Source of the DNA: Thermodesulfovibrionales bacterium
GTDB taxonomy: Bacteria > Nitrospirota > Thermodesulfovibrionia > Thermodesulfovibrionales > UBA6898
Direction of reading: 5' to 3'
NCBI GenBank assembly: GCA_044450345.1
Contig: JBIOIY010000032.1
Coordinates: 1-35,710 of the forward strand
DNA: 35,710 nt
The notes under the pieces are model-generated. The model saw only the letters and a list, made by a program, of their open reading frames with translations. It did no database searches and had not been told where the DNA came from. Each line of letters begins with the position of its first letter. Positions within the stretch are counted from its first letter, which is position 1. This document shows positions 18,460 through 28,821 of this stretch, piece by piece. A program made the translations under genes and the position numbers.

Positions 18460-19656
18460 ATGGATGTCCGGAAACTATTGGAAGAATCAGGCCAGTACAT
18501 CATGAATACGTACAACAGATTCCCCATCGTCCTGAGAAAAGGACGCGGGATGAAGGTCTGGGGTTCGGACGGCAAGGAATACCTGGATTTCGTCAGCGGC
18601 ATCGCGGTCAACTGTCTCGGCCACTGTCATCCGAAGGTCGTTGTCGCAATACAGAAGCAGGCGCAGCGGCTGATCCATGTTTCCAATTATTATCATATAG
18701 AGCCGCAGATCAAGCTCGCGAAGCTCCTCGTCGAGAACTCCTTTGCAGACAAGGTGTTCTTCTGCAACTCCGGCGCCGAGGCAAACGAGGCCGCGATAAA
18801 ACTGGCCCGCAGATATTTTAGGGAACAGGTCGGCGCCAACAGATTCGAGGTCATCACCGCGTTCAATTCGTTCCATGGGAGGACGATAGCCACCATATCG
18901 GCGACCGGCCAGGCAAAAATCAGGGCCGGGTTCGAGCCGCTTGCCCCGGGATTCAAACACGTCGAATTCAACGACGTGGACGCGGTCGACAAGGCGATAA
19001 CGAAGGAGACATGCGCGGTACTTATCGAGCCTATACAGGGAGAAGGCGGAGTAAAAATACCCGACCCTGATTATCTGCGCGACCTTCGGGAACTCTGCGA
19101 CAGGCACGGCATTCTCCTCATACTCGACGAGGTCCAGACAGGCATAGGGAGGACCGGGAAACTTTTCGCATATGAACACTTCGGGATAGAACCTGATATC
19201 ATAACGCTTGCGAAAGGTCTCGGCGGGGGCGTACCTATAGGGGCCATGCTCGCGACCGACAAGGTCGCCTCGGGGTTCCAGCCGGGGACTCATGCCTCTA
19301 CCTTCGGCGGCAATCCGCTCGTCTGCGCCGCGGCGGCCGTCACGATGGAAGTGCTGCTTGAAGACGGCTTTATCCTCGACCAATGCAGGAGGATGGGCAA
19401 ATACCTCAAGAAGAGGCTCGAGGAGATGAAAAAGGAGTTCCCGAGCGTCATCGCAGAGGTGCGCGGAATGGGTCTTTTGATCGGTATGGAACTTACACGT
19501 GACGGAATGCCGATCGTTAAGGCCTGCATGGACAGAGGACTGCTCATAAACTGCACAGCCGGAAATATATTGAGATTTATGCCGCCGCTTATAGTGACCG
19601 AAAAAGAGATCGACCATCTCATCGACGTTCTTGAGCTGACCATCGATCATATTTAA
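18460..19656 (+). CDS. argD: Acetylornithine aminotransferase
   Basis: YLDFVSGIAVNCLGHCHP, FCNSGAEANEAAIK, SFHGRT, DEVQTGIGRTG, LAKGLGGG, HASTFGGNP; upstream of argF. Confidence 0.96.
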   Translation: MDVRKLLEESGQYIMNTYNRFPIVLRKGRGMKVWGSDGKEYLDFVSGIAVNCLGHCHPKVVVAIQKQAQRLIHVSNYYHIEPQIKLAKLLVENSFADKVFFCNSGAEANEAAIKLARRYFREQVGANRFEVITAFNSFHGRTIATISATGQAKIRAGFEPLAPGFKHVEFNDVDAVDKAITKETCAVLIEPIQGEGGVKIPDPDYLRDLRELCDRHGILLILDEVQTGIGRTGKLFAYEHFGIEPDIITLAKGLGGGVPIGAMLATDKVASGFQPGTHASTFGGNPLVCAAAAVTMEVLLEDGFILDQCRRMGKYLKKRLEEMKKEFPSVIAEVRGMGLLIGMELTRDGMPIVKACMDRGLLINCTAGNILRFMPPLIVTEKEIDHLIDVLELTIDHI

Positions 19657-19665
19657 CCGGGAGAA

Positions 19666-20574
19666 GTGATGAAAAGAGACTTTCTTACATTATGGGACTT
19701 GTCTTCGGATGAAATAGGAAGCCTTCTTGAGCGCGCCGCCGGGCTTAAAGCCGGGAAGGACGCTTCAGGATGTCCGCTCATCGGCCGGAGCCTGGGCCTG
19801 CTCTTCGAGAAGCCTTCGACACGCACCCGCGTCTCCTTCGAGGTGGGCATGTACCAGCTCGGCGCCCACGCGGTCACTATGAACCCTTCCGAACTGCAGC
19901 TTGGAAGGGGAGAGACCCTGAGCGACACTGCAAAGACCCTCTCACGGTACCTGAGCGGCATAGTGATACGTACCTTCGCCCATTCGACGCTCGAACAGTT
20001 CGCAGCGAACTCATCCATCCCGGTCATCAACGGCCTCAGCGATCTTCACCACCCCTGCCAGATACTTGCGGATATGATGACAATAATCGAGAAGAAGGGG
20101 CGGCTTAATGGCCTGAAGGTCGCTTTTATAGGCGACGGCAACAATGTCTGCAATTCGATGATCGAGGCGGCCTCTCTGATGGAATTCAATCTTACTGTGG
20201 CATGTCCCGAAGGTTTTGAACCGGATGCCGGCATCCTCGAAAAGGCAAAGGAGTCCGCGCGGAGCGAGATTGTCATACTGCGCGACCCCAGGGAGGCAGC
20301 CGGAATGGCGGATGTCGTGTATACCGACGTTTGGGTCAGCATGGGGCAGGAGGAGCATTCGGCTGAAAAGAAAGAGAGACTCAGGGACTATCAGATTAAC
20401 AGCAGGCTGCTCACCTGCGCGAAAAAAGACGCGGTGGTACTCCACTGTCTTCCGGCGCACAGAGGGGAAGAGATCACCGACGAGGTCATGGACAGTCCGA
20501 ACAGCGCAGTCTTCGACCAGGCCGAAAACAGGCTTCACGCCCAAAAGGCGCTGCTCGAAATGCTCATTATATAA
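19666..20574 (+). CDS. argF: Ornithine carbamoyltransferase
   Basis: FEKPSTRTR, HPCQILAD, YTDVWVSMG, HCLPAHRG, FDQAENRLH. Confidence 0.97.
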   Translation: MMKRDFLTLWDLSSDEIGSLLERAAGLKAGKDASGCPLIGRSLGLLFEKPSTRTRVSFEVGMYQLGAHAVTMNPSELQLGRGETLSDTAKTLSRYLSGIVIRTFAHSTLEQFAANSSIPVINGLSDLHHPCQILADMMTIIEKKGRLNGLKVAFIGDGNNVCNSMIEAASLMEFNLTVACPEGFEPDAGILEKAKESARSEIVILRDPREAAGMADVVYTDVWVSMGQEEHSAEKKERLRDYQINSRLLTCAKKDAVVLHCLPAHRGEEITDEVMDSPNSAVFDQAENRLHAQKALLEMLII

Positions 20575-20720
20575 AAATATACTCTCTCGGCAAAAAGGTA
20601 ACGGGATCTTACGGCAACCCTGGAGCTTTTGCCCTGTATGATTCAGGGTCCGGTTGTCAGCCTTCGCTCTCGAAGGCGTTAAAAAAAGGGGCGGAAATAC
20701 AGTGGAGGTTTACGAATACA

Positions 20721-22376
20721 TTGGATAACGTGCTTTCGGTCATACCGCTGGGCGGAGTCGAAGAGATAGGGATGAACATGACCGTCCTGGAGTACGGGGA
20801 CGACATGGTCATCATCGATGCAGGGCTCATGTTCCCTGAAGAAGATATGCTCGGGATCGACTTCGTCATTCCCGACTTCACCTACATACTCGAAAACAGG
20901 GAAAAAGTGAGGGGCATCGTCCTTACGCACGGACATGAGGACCACACCGGCGCCCTCCCCTTTCTCCTGAAAGAACTGAACGTGCCTGTCTACGGGACCC
21001 CTCTGACGCTCGGGCTCGTACGGGAAAAACTCCGCGAACATAACCTGGAACACGTGGAACTGAACTCCGTGCTCCCGAGGGAGGTGGTGACCCTCGGCGT
21101 CTTTGAGATAGAGTTCATCCGGGTGACCCACAGCATTGTGGACGGCGTCGGCTTCGGCATTAAGACACCGGTCGGCAGGATCGTTCATACGGGGGATTTC
21201 AAGCTCGACCCCACGCCGGTGGACGGTCAGCTCATGGACTTCCACAAGTTTTCCGAATACGGCGAGAGCGGCACGATACTTCTGATGTCCGACAGCACGA
21301 ACGCCGAAAAAGGCGGCTACACTTTTTCTGAAAAAGAGGTGAGGAGGGCCTTTGAGGACATCTTCGCCAAGACAAAAGGCCGGATTATTATAGCCACCTT
21401 CGCCTCGAACATCCACAGGATACAACAGGTGATAGACGTAGCGGTAATGTTCGGCAGGAAGGTTATCCTCTCCGGCAGATCCGTCATCGCGAATACGCAG
21501 ATTGCGCTCGACCTGGGCTATCTCAGGATACCTGAGAACACGTGGATGAAGCTCGACAACCTCAAAAACCTCAAAGACGAAGAAGTAGTCATCATAACTA
21601 CAGGAAGCCAGGGCGAGCCTATGAGCGTGCTTTCCAGGATCGCCACGGACGAACACAAGTCGATAAAGGTGAAAGCTGGCGACGTCGTGATACTCTCGGC
21701 CAAGATGATACCCGGCAATGAGCGGTCGATCGGAACGATCATCAACCACCTCTTCAGGCGGGGCGCGGACGTGATCTATGAGAAGGTCTCGGAGATACAT
21801 GTCTCCGGCCATGCGTCAAAAGAAGAGCTGAAGCTGATGCTCAACCTCGTGAAACCCAAGTACTTTATGCCTGTGCACGGCGAGTTTCGACATAAGATCT
21901 ACCATTCGAGGCTGGCGGAAAAAACCGGGATACCCAAATCGAACATATTTATCCTCGACGACGGAGAAGTGCTTGAGATATCGGACGGCGCCGTTACGAA
22001 GGGTGGTACGGTGACATCCGGCAGGATCTACGTTGACGGCAAGGGAGTCGGAGATGTGGAAGACATGGTCCTGCGCGACAGAAGGAGGCTGGCACACGAC
22101 GGTATCGTGCTCGTCCTCATCGGCATCGAGAAGCTCAGTGGAAACATCATCTCGGGCCCGGACATTATGTCGCGGGGCTTTGTCTTCGAAGACGCTTCGC
22201 AGGAGACGATCACCGACGTCAAGGAACTCGTCATAAACACCATGAAGGAGCTCGACAGCGAGATTATCGCGGACAAATCGCTCATCCAGGCAAAGATCCG
22301 TTCCGTCCTGAAAAAATATCTCAGGAACACCATGGAAAGGAAGCCGATGATCATGCCGATTATCTTTGAGGTGTAG
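20721..22376 (+). CDS. rnj: Ribonuclease J
   Basis: PLGGVEEIGMNM, THGHEDHTG, HTGDFK, DSTNA, TGSQGEP, HVSGHA, PVHGE; TTG start with SD GGAGG. Confidence 0.96.
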   Translation: MDNVLSVIPLGGVEEIGMNMTVLEYGDDMVIIDAGLMFPEEDMLGIDFVIPDFTYILENREKVRGIVLTHGHEDHTGALPFLLKELNVPVYGTPLTLGLVREKLREHNLEHVELNSVLPREVVTLGVFEIEFIRVTHSIVDGVGFGIKTPVGRIVHTGDFKLDPTPVDGQLMDFHKFSEYGESGTILLMSDSTNAEKGGYTFSEKEVRRAFEDIFAKTKGRIIIATFASNIHRIQQVIDVAVMFGRKVILSGRSVIANTQIALDLGYLRIPENTWMKLDNLKNLKDEEVVIITTGSQGEPMSVLSRIATDEHKSIKVKAGDVVILSAKMIPGNERSIGTIINHLFRRGADVIYEKVSEIHVSGHASKEELKLMLNLVKPKYFMPVHGEFRHKIYHSRLAEKTGIPKSNIFILDDGEVLEISDGAVTKGGTVTSGRIYVDGKGVGDVEDMVLRDRRRLAHDGIVLVLIGIEKLSGNIISGPDIMSRGFVFEDASQETITDVKELVINTMKELDSEIIADKSLIQAKIRSVLKKYLRNTMERKPMIMPIIFEV

Positions 22377-22491
22377 ACTTACCCTTACGCTTGCCCGTGC
22401 TCTGCCATAGAAAGCCAATCTGCTTGCGGTGCGCCCGTTAACGTCGTAAAGTTTGATGAGAAGATATCGTATCGAGTAGATGGAGGGACCC

Positions 22492-23502
22492 ATGAGGGTT
22501 TATGAGGTCAGAGAGTCATTCGGCATCGATCATCTTGTTCTTGCAGAGCGCGAGCGGCCTTCGCCCGGCTGCAGGCAGGCGCTCGTAAGGGTCAAGGCGG
22601 TCTCCCTGAACTACCGCGACCTTCTGGTAGTGAAAGGCCTTTACAACCCCAAACTCTCCCTGCCTTTTATCCCCTTTTCGGATGGCGCCGGCGAGGTTGT
22701 TTCTGTCGGAGAAGGGGTTTCGAGAGTAGCGGTCGGTGACCGGGTAGCGGGCATATTTATGCAGGACTGGCTTGCGGGCGAGCTGACCGAGGCCAAGGCC
22801 AAGTCTGCCCTGGGCGGGGGAAAGCAGGGTATGCTGACAGAATATGTAGTCCTCAATGAGGACGGTCTTGTACGGGTCCCTCAACATCTCTCCTATGAAG
22901 AGGCGTCGACACTCCCCTGCGCGGCAGTGACCGCCTGGCATGCCCTCATGGAAACCGGCCTGGGGCCTGGAGAACGCGTGCTTCTCCTGGGCACAGGCGG
23001 GGTCTCCATTTTTTCCCTCCAGTTTGCCCTGATGGCCGGCGCAGAGGTGATCATCACTTCACGCAGCGATGAAAAGCTCGCAAAGGCAGCGCAGCTTGGG
23101 GCGGCCCATTGCATCAACTATAAGGCCGTACCCGAATGGGACAGGAGGGTACGCGAACTCACGGGGGAAACCGGGGTGGATCTCGTGGTGGAAGTCGGCG
23201 GCGCAGGGACACTTCCACATTCCCTTAAGGCCGTCCGCACCGGAGGACGCATCAGTCTGATCGGGGTATTGACCGGCGCCGCAGGAGAGATAAATCCTCT
23301 GCCGATCGTTATGAAGAAGATTCGTGTTCAGGGGATCTTGGTGGGGTCCCGTGAGATGTTCGAGTCTATGAACAGGGCCATAACCCTGCACAGGCTCGTG
23401 CCTGTGATCGACCGCGTTTTTCCCTTCGGGGAAGCCGGCGACGCACTCAGGTATATGGAAAGCGGCGCCCATTTCGGCAAGATCTGTATCTCTGTTGCAT
23501 GA
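22492..23502 (+). CDS. NAD(P)-dependent medium-chain dehydrogenase/reductase (alcohol dehydrogenase/quinone oxidoreductase-like)
   Basis: SLNYRDL, SDGAGEV, LPCAAVTAW, GTGGVS, HFGKICI; SD GGAGGG before ATG 22492. Confidence 0.92.
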   Translation: MRVYEVRESFGIDHLVLAERERPSPGCRQALVRVKAVSLNYRDLLVVKGLYNPKLSLPFIPFSDGAGEVVSVGEGVSRVAVGDRVAGIFMQDWLAGELTEAKAKSALGGGKQGMLTEYVVLNEDGLVRVPQHLSYEEASTLPCAAVTAWHALMETGLGPGERVLLLGTGGVSIFSLQFALMAGAEVIITSRSDEKLAKAAQLGAAHCINYKAVPEWDRRVRELTGETGVDLVVEVGGAGTLPHSLKAVRTGGRISLIGVLTGAAGEINPLPIVMKKIRVQGILVGSREMFESMNRAITLHRLVPVIDRVFPFGEAGDALRYMESGAHFGKICISVA

Positions 23503-23580
23503 GACATCCTGCGGGGTTATCTTTCAGCGTCTCCGATCTATTACGGCATAGTCCTGAAATATATTTAAGGTCCTCCAATC

Positions 23581-23589
23581 TGTTATAAT
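23581..23589 (+). promoter_or_regulatory. Extended -10 promoter for the uppP-ftsK-lolA run, leaderless arrangement
   Basis: TGTTATAAT (TGn-TATAAT) followed by 6 nt and ATG 23596, no SD. Confidence 0.65.
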
Positions 23590-23595
23590 CTCTTG

Positions 23596-24363
23596 ATGTT
23601 TGAGGCGCTTGTACTAGGTATCGTCCAGGGACTGACGGAATTTCTTCCTGTCAGCAGCACTGCGCATTTGATCCTCTTTCCATGGTTCTTTCACTGGGGA
23701 GGCGAGATCGACTCCCTCACCTTCGACATTGCGCTTCACGCCGGAACTCTCCTTGCGCTCGTCATCTGTTTCTGGAAAGACTGGCTTGATATCCTGTTAA
23801 GAAAACAGCGGCTTCTGCTCCTGATAATTATCGCATCCATACCCGCGGGCGTTGCCGGGCTGCTCCTCGAACATATAGTCGAAAGCCGCTTCAGGATACC
23901 CTCTGTCATAAGCGTGTCCCTGATCGTCATCGGTATCTTCATGCTCGTCTCCGAGAAGGCATACAAACAAAGAAAGATCGACGACTTAGGGATTCTCGAT
24001 GCCGTCGTGATAGGCATTTCACAGGCTGTTGCACTCGTCCCCGGGGTCTCGCGTTCCGGGATAACCATATCGACCGGGCTTTTGAGGGGTATCGAGAGAG
24101 AATCGGCCGCGAAGTTCTCCTTTCTTCTTTCCACCCCGGTTATCGCCGGGGCAGTGCTGCTTCATCTGAAAAAAATGATGACCGCCGGAGAGGCGCATGA
24201 CCTCCGGCTCTTCGCCATAGGTTTTATTTCGTCGGCAATCACAGGTTTGGCCGCGATCAAATTCCTCATGAATTACTTGAAAAAGCGTCCCATTAACATA
24301 TTCGCCTATTACAGGTTTGGATTGGCGGCTGTTATACTATTGGGGATATGGCTGAAAGGGTAA
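23596..24363 (+). CDS. uppP: Undecaprenyl-diphosphatase
   Basis: GIVQGLTEFLPVSSTAH, ALVPGVSRSGIT, FSFLLS, FAYYR. Confidence 0.96.
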   Translation: MFEALVLGIVQGLTEFLPVSSTAHLILFPWFFHWGGEIDSLTFDIALHAGTLLALVICFWKDWLDILLRKQRLLLLIIIASIPAGVAGLLLEHIVESRFRIPSVISVSLIVIGIFMLVSEKAYKQRKIDDLGILDAVVIGISQAVALVPGVSRSGITISTGLLRGIERESAAKFSFLLSTPVIAGAVLLHLKKMMTAGEAHDLRLFAIGFISSAITGLAAIKFLMNYLKKRPINIFAYYRFGLAAVILLGIWLKG

Positions 24364-26489
24364 AAAGAGCGAAGCAGGAGGTGCTCGGAATCGTATCGGC
24401 CCTCGGTAGTATTTATCTCGCCCTGAGTGTGTATACCTATTCCAAATGGGACCCATCCCTCGCCAACTACTCCAAGGCTCCTTCAAAGAACTATGGAGGA
24501 ATCGCCGGCGCATATCTCGCTGATATCCTGATCACCACTGCGGGATACGCGGTCTTCGTCCTTCCCTTCTTTCTCCTGGCCTATGGCGTTCGCAGACTGC
24601 TGGGAAAAGAGGGTCAGCGGGTTTATCTCTTCGGAGGGCTCCTTTTTATTTTTTCTTCATCCCTGTTGATATCCCTTATCGCCTCAACCTTCAATCTCAA
24701 AACAGAGGTATACCCCGGCCCCGGGGGCATCATGGGATTCCAGATCGCGGGATTTCTCGAACGATATTTCTCCCTTTTGGGTGCATACATATTCTCGCTT
24801 TCCGGGTTCCTCGCCTCGCTCATCCTTCTGTCCCCTGTGTCGATGGCTTCGCTTTCATCTTCATTTAAGAGAAGAAAGATAAAACCTGCGCCACCGAAGG
24901 TTCAGCCGGGCGAGGTCAAAGATGACATCCTTATTAGAGGACCTGAAAAAATTGAGGCCGGCCCATTGCCCTCCGGGCCAGTGTCGGAAGTCCCGGTTAC
25001 GACGGAGCCTCTGCCCGAACTTATGCTCGAACCTCCGGCTGAAACAGAAACGGAACCACCTCCTAAAGCAGCGCATCGCAAGACGCCATCAAAGGGGGAA
25101 GGATATACCCTCCCTTCGATAGAACTCCTGGCTGCCTACGACACTTCATCCCTGCGCCCGTCAAAGGATGAGCTCTTTGCAAATTCATCGCTCCTTGAGA
25201 GCAAACTGGCGGACTTCGACGTCCAGGGTAAGATAACCCGCGTCCATCCGGGCCCTGTAGTCACCCTCTACGAGTTCGAACCCGCGCCCGGCGTCAAGAT
25301 CAACAGGGTCGTAACGCTCGCCGACGATCTGACGCTGGCGCTCAGGGCACAAAGCACGAGGGTATCCCCGATCCCGGGCAAGGCGACGATCGGAATAGAG
25401 GTGCCGAACAAACAGAGGGAGGTGGTCTCCTTAAGAGAAATTATCTCAGCTGAGGGCTTCGGCAACAGCCACTCGAAGCTTACCCTTGCGCTCGGCAAGG
25501 ACATCTTCGGCACGCCCGTGGTGGCAGACCTGGTCAAAATGCCTCACCTGCTCGTGGCAGGGGCGACCGGCGCAGGCAAGAGCGTGTCGATTAATTCGAT
25601 GGTAATGAGCATCCTCTACAAGGCCTCTCCCTCAGAGGTCAAGTTGATGATGATAGACCCGAAGCTTCTGGAACTCTCGATGTACGAGGACATCCCGCAT
25701 CTGCTGTCGCCGGTCATCACCAACCCGAAGAAGGCCGCTGAGGCCCTTAAGAAGATGGTCTTCGAAATGGAGCGGAGGTACAGGCTTCTTGCAGAAAAAG
25801 GTTCTAGGAACATTGAAAATTTCAACCATCAGTCTTCTGAAGAGGAAAGAATTCCTTACATCATCATATTCATCGACGAACTCGCCGACCTGATGTTCGC
25901 CTCCTCGAACGAGGTCGAGGATTCAATCACAAGGCTCGCCCAGATGGCGAGGGCCGCCGGGATACACCTGATCATCGCCACGCAACGCCCGTCAGTGGAC
26001 GTCATTACCGGCCTTATAAAGGCCAACTTCCCGGCAAGGATATCGTTTCAGGTCTTTTCGAAGATCGACTCCAGGACGATACTGGATTCCCAGGGGGCTG
26101 AACAGCTCCTCGGCAAAGGGGACATGCTGCTGATGCTTCCGGGTTCGAGGATAATCCGTGTCCACGGCGCCCTGGTAACAGAGGACGAGATAACGGCCGT
26201 CACGTCCTTCATCAAGTCCCAGGGCAGGCCCGACTATTCGATATTCGACGACATACCGGCGGAGGCGCCGGCAGCGGAGGAGACCCATGAAGAGAGAGAC
26301 GAGATGTATTATAAGACGGTCGAATTTGCCGAATCCGTCGGAGAGGTGTCGATTTCGTCCATCCAGAGGCGTTTCAAGATAGGATACAACAGGGCCGCGC
26401 GCATCATGGAGATCATGGAAGACGACGGGCTCGTGGGACCTCCCAAAGGTGCAGGCAAGCCGAGAGACTTTCTGAGGAGGCATGGTTGA
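24348..26489 (+). CDS. ftsK: DNA translocase FtsK
   Basis: N-terminal TM domain, PHLLVAGATGAGKS, IDELADLM, ATQRPSVDVITG, gamma domain SISSIQRRFKIGYNRAARI. Confidence 0.97.
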   Translation: MAERVKRAKQEVLGIVSALGSIYLALSVYTYSKWDPSLANYSKAPSKNYGGIAGAYLADILITTAGYAVFVLPFFLLAYGVRRLLGKEGQRVYLFGGLLFIFSSSLLISLIASTFNLKTEVYPGPGGIMGFQIAGFLERYFSLLGAYIFSLSGFLASLILLSPVSMASLSSSFKRRKIKPAPPKVQPGEVKDDILIRGPEKIEAGPLPSGPVSEVPVTTEPLPELMLEPPAETETEPPPKAAHRKTPSKGEGYTLPSIELLAAYDTSSLRPSKDELFANSSLLESKLADFDVQGKITRVHPGPVVTLYEFEPAPGVKINRVVTLADDLTLALRAQSTRVSPIPGKATIGIEVPNKQREVVSLREIISAEGFGNSHSKLTLALGKDIFGTPVVADLVKMPHLLVAGATGAGKSVSINSMVMSILYKASPSEVKLMMIDPKLLELSMYEDIPHLLSPVITNPKKAAEALKKMVFEMERRYRLLAEKGSRNIENFNHQSSEEERIPYIIIFIDELADLMFASSNEVEDSITRLAQMARAAGIHLIIATQRPSVDVITGLIKANFPARISFQVFSKIDSRTILDSQGAEQLLGKGDMLLMLPGSRIIRVHGALVTEDEITAVTSFIKSQGRPDYSIFDDIPAEAPAAEETHEERDEMYYKTVEFAESVGEVSISSIQRRFKIGYNRAARIMEIMEDDGLVGPPKGAGKPRDFLRRHG

Positions 26490-27133
26490 GAAAGAATCGT
26501 CGTTTAAGTTTTATCGCTATTTTTATACTTGCGTTTTTTTTCCATTCCCAGGCGCCGGCAACTTCGTGGGCGTCGGACGCCGATCAGCTGATTGCCAGGA
26601 TACAGAAGGCCTACGAGAACATCAAAGACCTGAAGGGCTCCTTTGTCCAAAAGAGCGTCATCAAGGACCTGGACAAGACCGAGACCTACAGGGGCGAATT
26701 CTTCATCAAACCGCCGCTCAAGATGAAGTGGGTATATAAAGGAAAGACCGCACAGGACATGACTATCAACAATGACACCGTGCTGATTTATAAGAAAGGG
26801 GACAACCAGGCATATAAGAGCAAGTTCGACAGGCATACCTACGGTCAGACGCCGGTCGCGCTCCTGGGAGGTTTCGGCAATATCAAAGATGAGTTCATCG
26901 CTTCGGGTAAAGGTGATTCGATCATCCTGAAACCCAAGAAACAGATGGGCAATGTCACCTCAATCAGTGTCAGGACCTCAGAAGAGGGGTTCCCTATCCG
27001 CTCCTTCGTGATTAATGACTCTTATTCGAATGTGGTCGAGATCGCCATCAGCGACGTGAAGATAAATACGGGACTGAAAGATTCACTCTTCAGCCTGTCC
27101 CTTCCGAAAGAGGTGAACGTATTTGAGCAATGA
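26486..27133 (+). CDS. lolA: Outer-membrane lipoprotein carrier LolA
   Basis: Signal peptide, F.Q...G.F.IKPP.KMKW.Y pattern, C-terminal F.L..P; follows ftsK as usual; TTG start. Confidence 0.85.
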   Translation: MRKNRRLSFIAIFILAFFFHSQAPATSWASDADQLIARIQKAYENIKDLKGSFVQKSVIKDLDKTETYRGEFFIKPPLKMKWVYKGKTAQDMTINNDTVLIYKKGDNQAYKSKFDRHTYGQTPVALLGGFGNIKDEFIASGKGDSIILKPKKQMGNVTSISVRTSEEGFPIRSFVINDSYSNVVEIAISDVKINTGLKDSLFSLSLPKEVNVFEQ

Positions 27134-27165
27134 CGCAATGATACGACTTCCGGAGAGGCGGTAAC

Positions 27166-28821
27166 ATGCCGTTGCACGGCATACCGGCAAAGGACTATCT
27201 GAACAGGGAAGACGAGCTGTCCTACCTGAGGCGTCTCGCCGGACTCCGGAGAGACGACCTGGCGGCAAACGTTCTCCTTGTGGGGGCCCGGGGCGTGGGA
27301 AAGACCGAGCTTCTCAAACAGCTTTACCAGTCGCTTTTTTGGGAGATGCAGGAGGTCGTGCCTTTTTATTATTCTTTTAAGACGGCGGCGCTGAAAAGCA
27401 CCACCTTCGCAAAGGATTATTTCGCGCGGTTCGTTAAACAATATGTCGCCTTCGCAAGAAAAGAACCCCTTTACGTAGATAACGTGAGTATGCCACTTCA
27501 CCGGCTCATGCCGGTGATTTCATCTCTCGGCCTCGACTGGATGATCGACAGCATCAGCGAATTCCAGGAGAACGCCGATCATGGCGATCTTTACGGGCAG
27601 ATCCTCTCCGCAATCTCCGCACCTGTCAACGCAGCGATGAGGGGGGGACGGCCTGTACTTGTGATGCTTGACGATTTCACCGCCTCTGAGGACCTTCACG
27701 AGGCAAAGCGCGGCGACGCGCCGGGGCTGGCAAGCCTGTTCGAAGAGTCGATGAAAAACAGTCTTTGCCCACATATTATTACCGGCTCTCCCGCAGCGAA
27801 ACTTGAGGCCATCTTTTCAGATCCTTCCCTTCATAAAGGGACGGAGAGGATGCGGCTGTCCCCGCTTCCCGAGGACACGGCCCTTTCCCTTTTCGCTTCT
27901 CTCCTTGAGAAGATGGAGATTACCTGTGACCGGGACGCGGCGCTCGGACTCATCCGGAGAGTGAGGGGTAACCCGCTCTATCTCAGAAACATGGCCAAGG
28001 CGGCCTCGAAGATGAAGAAAAAAGAGCTCAGTGAAAGGGACCTCGGCGAATGTTACAGCCATGAAATACTGGATGGGGAGACCGCCTTCTACTGGTCTTC
28101 CGTCTTTGCCGAAAGCATTCGGGACAAGGGCCTGAGAAGGACCGTTCTGGGGCTTATCATGCACCGGCTTGTAAAAGGAAAGGAAGACGGCAGGGAGAGG
28201 CTTTCAAAGGTGCTCGGTGTCAGGGAGGCCGAACTCGGCGCTGCACTGGATGTCCTGGAGTTACACGACCTCGGACAAAACGGCGATCCCGTCATCGGGG
28301 ACTTCATGCACTCCCTCTACATGAGAGAGGTGGAAGGAAAGACTGCCGGCGAGATACGGGAGCAGGTCGAGGCGAAATACGGCTCCCCCCGCGACTCGTC
28401 TGTCTTTGAGATGGTCATTCCGATGAGCGAGCAGGCGGAGCTGGTTGCAGCCCGCGCAATGGACCAGATAGGCAAGAACATAAACCTGGAACCCGATGTC
28501 ATGCATTACCTTCAACTGGCCATTGTCGAGTGCTGCATAAACGCCATTGAACACAGCGGAAGTTATGAGAAGAAGATCTATCTCAAATTCATCGCCTCGC
28601 CGCACAAGTTGGAGATCATGATAGAAAGTCCCGGAAGATATTTTTCACCCGATTCACTGGAGGAAAGCCCCCCTGAGAAAAAGATGGAGTCGGGGCAGAA
28701 GAGGGGCTGGGGATTTACGCTTATGAGAAAGATCATGGATGAGGTCAAGGTCGAAAGGATACATGACAGGACGAGGGTAACGCTCATAAAAAAAATAACA
28801 AAAAGCGAGGTGCGCAAATGA
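27166..28821 (+). CDS. STAND-type P-loop ATPase fused to a C-terminal RsbW/SpoIIAB-like (GHKL) anti-sigma kinase domain
   Basis: YLNREDEL, Walker A GARGVGKT, Walker B VLVMLDDF, IITGS, GNPLYL (GxP); C-terminal LAIVECCINAIEHS (N box), IESPG and RGWGFTLMRKIMDEV (G2). Confidence 0.85.
   Translation: MPLHGIPAKDYLNREDELSYLRRLAGLRRDDLAANVLLVGARGVGKTELLKQLYQSLFWEMQEVVPFYYSFKTAALKSTTFAKDYFARFVKQYVAFARKEPLYVDNVSMPLHRLMPVISSLGLDWMIDSISEFQENADHGDLYGQILSAISAPVNAAMRGGRPVLVMLDDFTASEDLHEAKRGDAPGLASLFEESMKNSLCPHIITGSPAAKLEAIFSDPSLHKGTERMRLSPLPEDTALSLFASLLEKMEITCDRDAALGLIRRVRGNPLYLRNMAKAASKMKKKELSERDLGECYSHEILDGETAFYWSSVFAESIRDKGLRRTVLGLIMHRLVKGKEDGRERLSKVLGVREAELGAALDVLELHDLGQNGDPVIGDFMHSLYMREVEGKTAGEIREQVEAKYGSPRDSSVFEMVIPMSEQAELVAARAMDQIGKNINLEPDVMHYLQLAIVECCINAIEHSGSYEKKIYLKFIASPHKLEIMIESPGRYFSPDSLEESPPEKKMESGQKRGWGFTLMRKIMDEVKVERIHDRTRVTLIKKITKSEVRK

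Noticed and set aside
18487..19650. 387-aa antisense ORF over argD, and similar ones such as 20679-21812 over rnj
   Set aside because: Shadow frames of well-supported genes, expected from codon bias; no recognisable motifs.
20575..20700. Riboswitch or terminator between argF and rnj
   Set aside because: Hairpins are present (e.g. GCCTTCG/CGAAGGC), but there is no U-tract after the stem on either strand, and the GGCAAA..GGGTTGCC resemblance to c-di-GMP-I is far too short.
27166..28821. rarA (the AAA+ gene usually after ftsK-lolA)
   Set aside because: No RarA motifs (GPPGxGKT, MgsA C-terminal domain); it has a STAND GxP motif and a GHKL-type tail instead.
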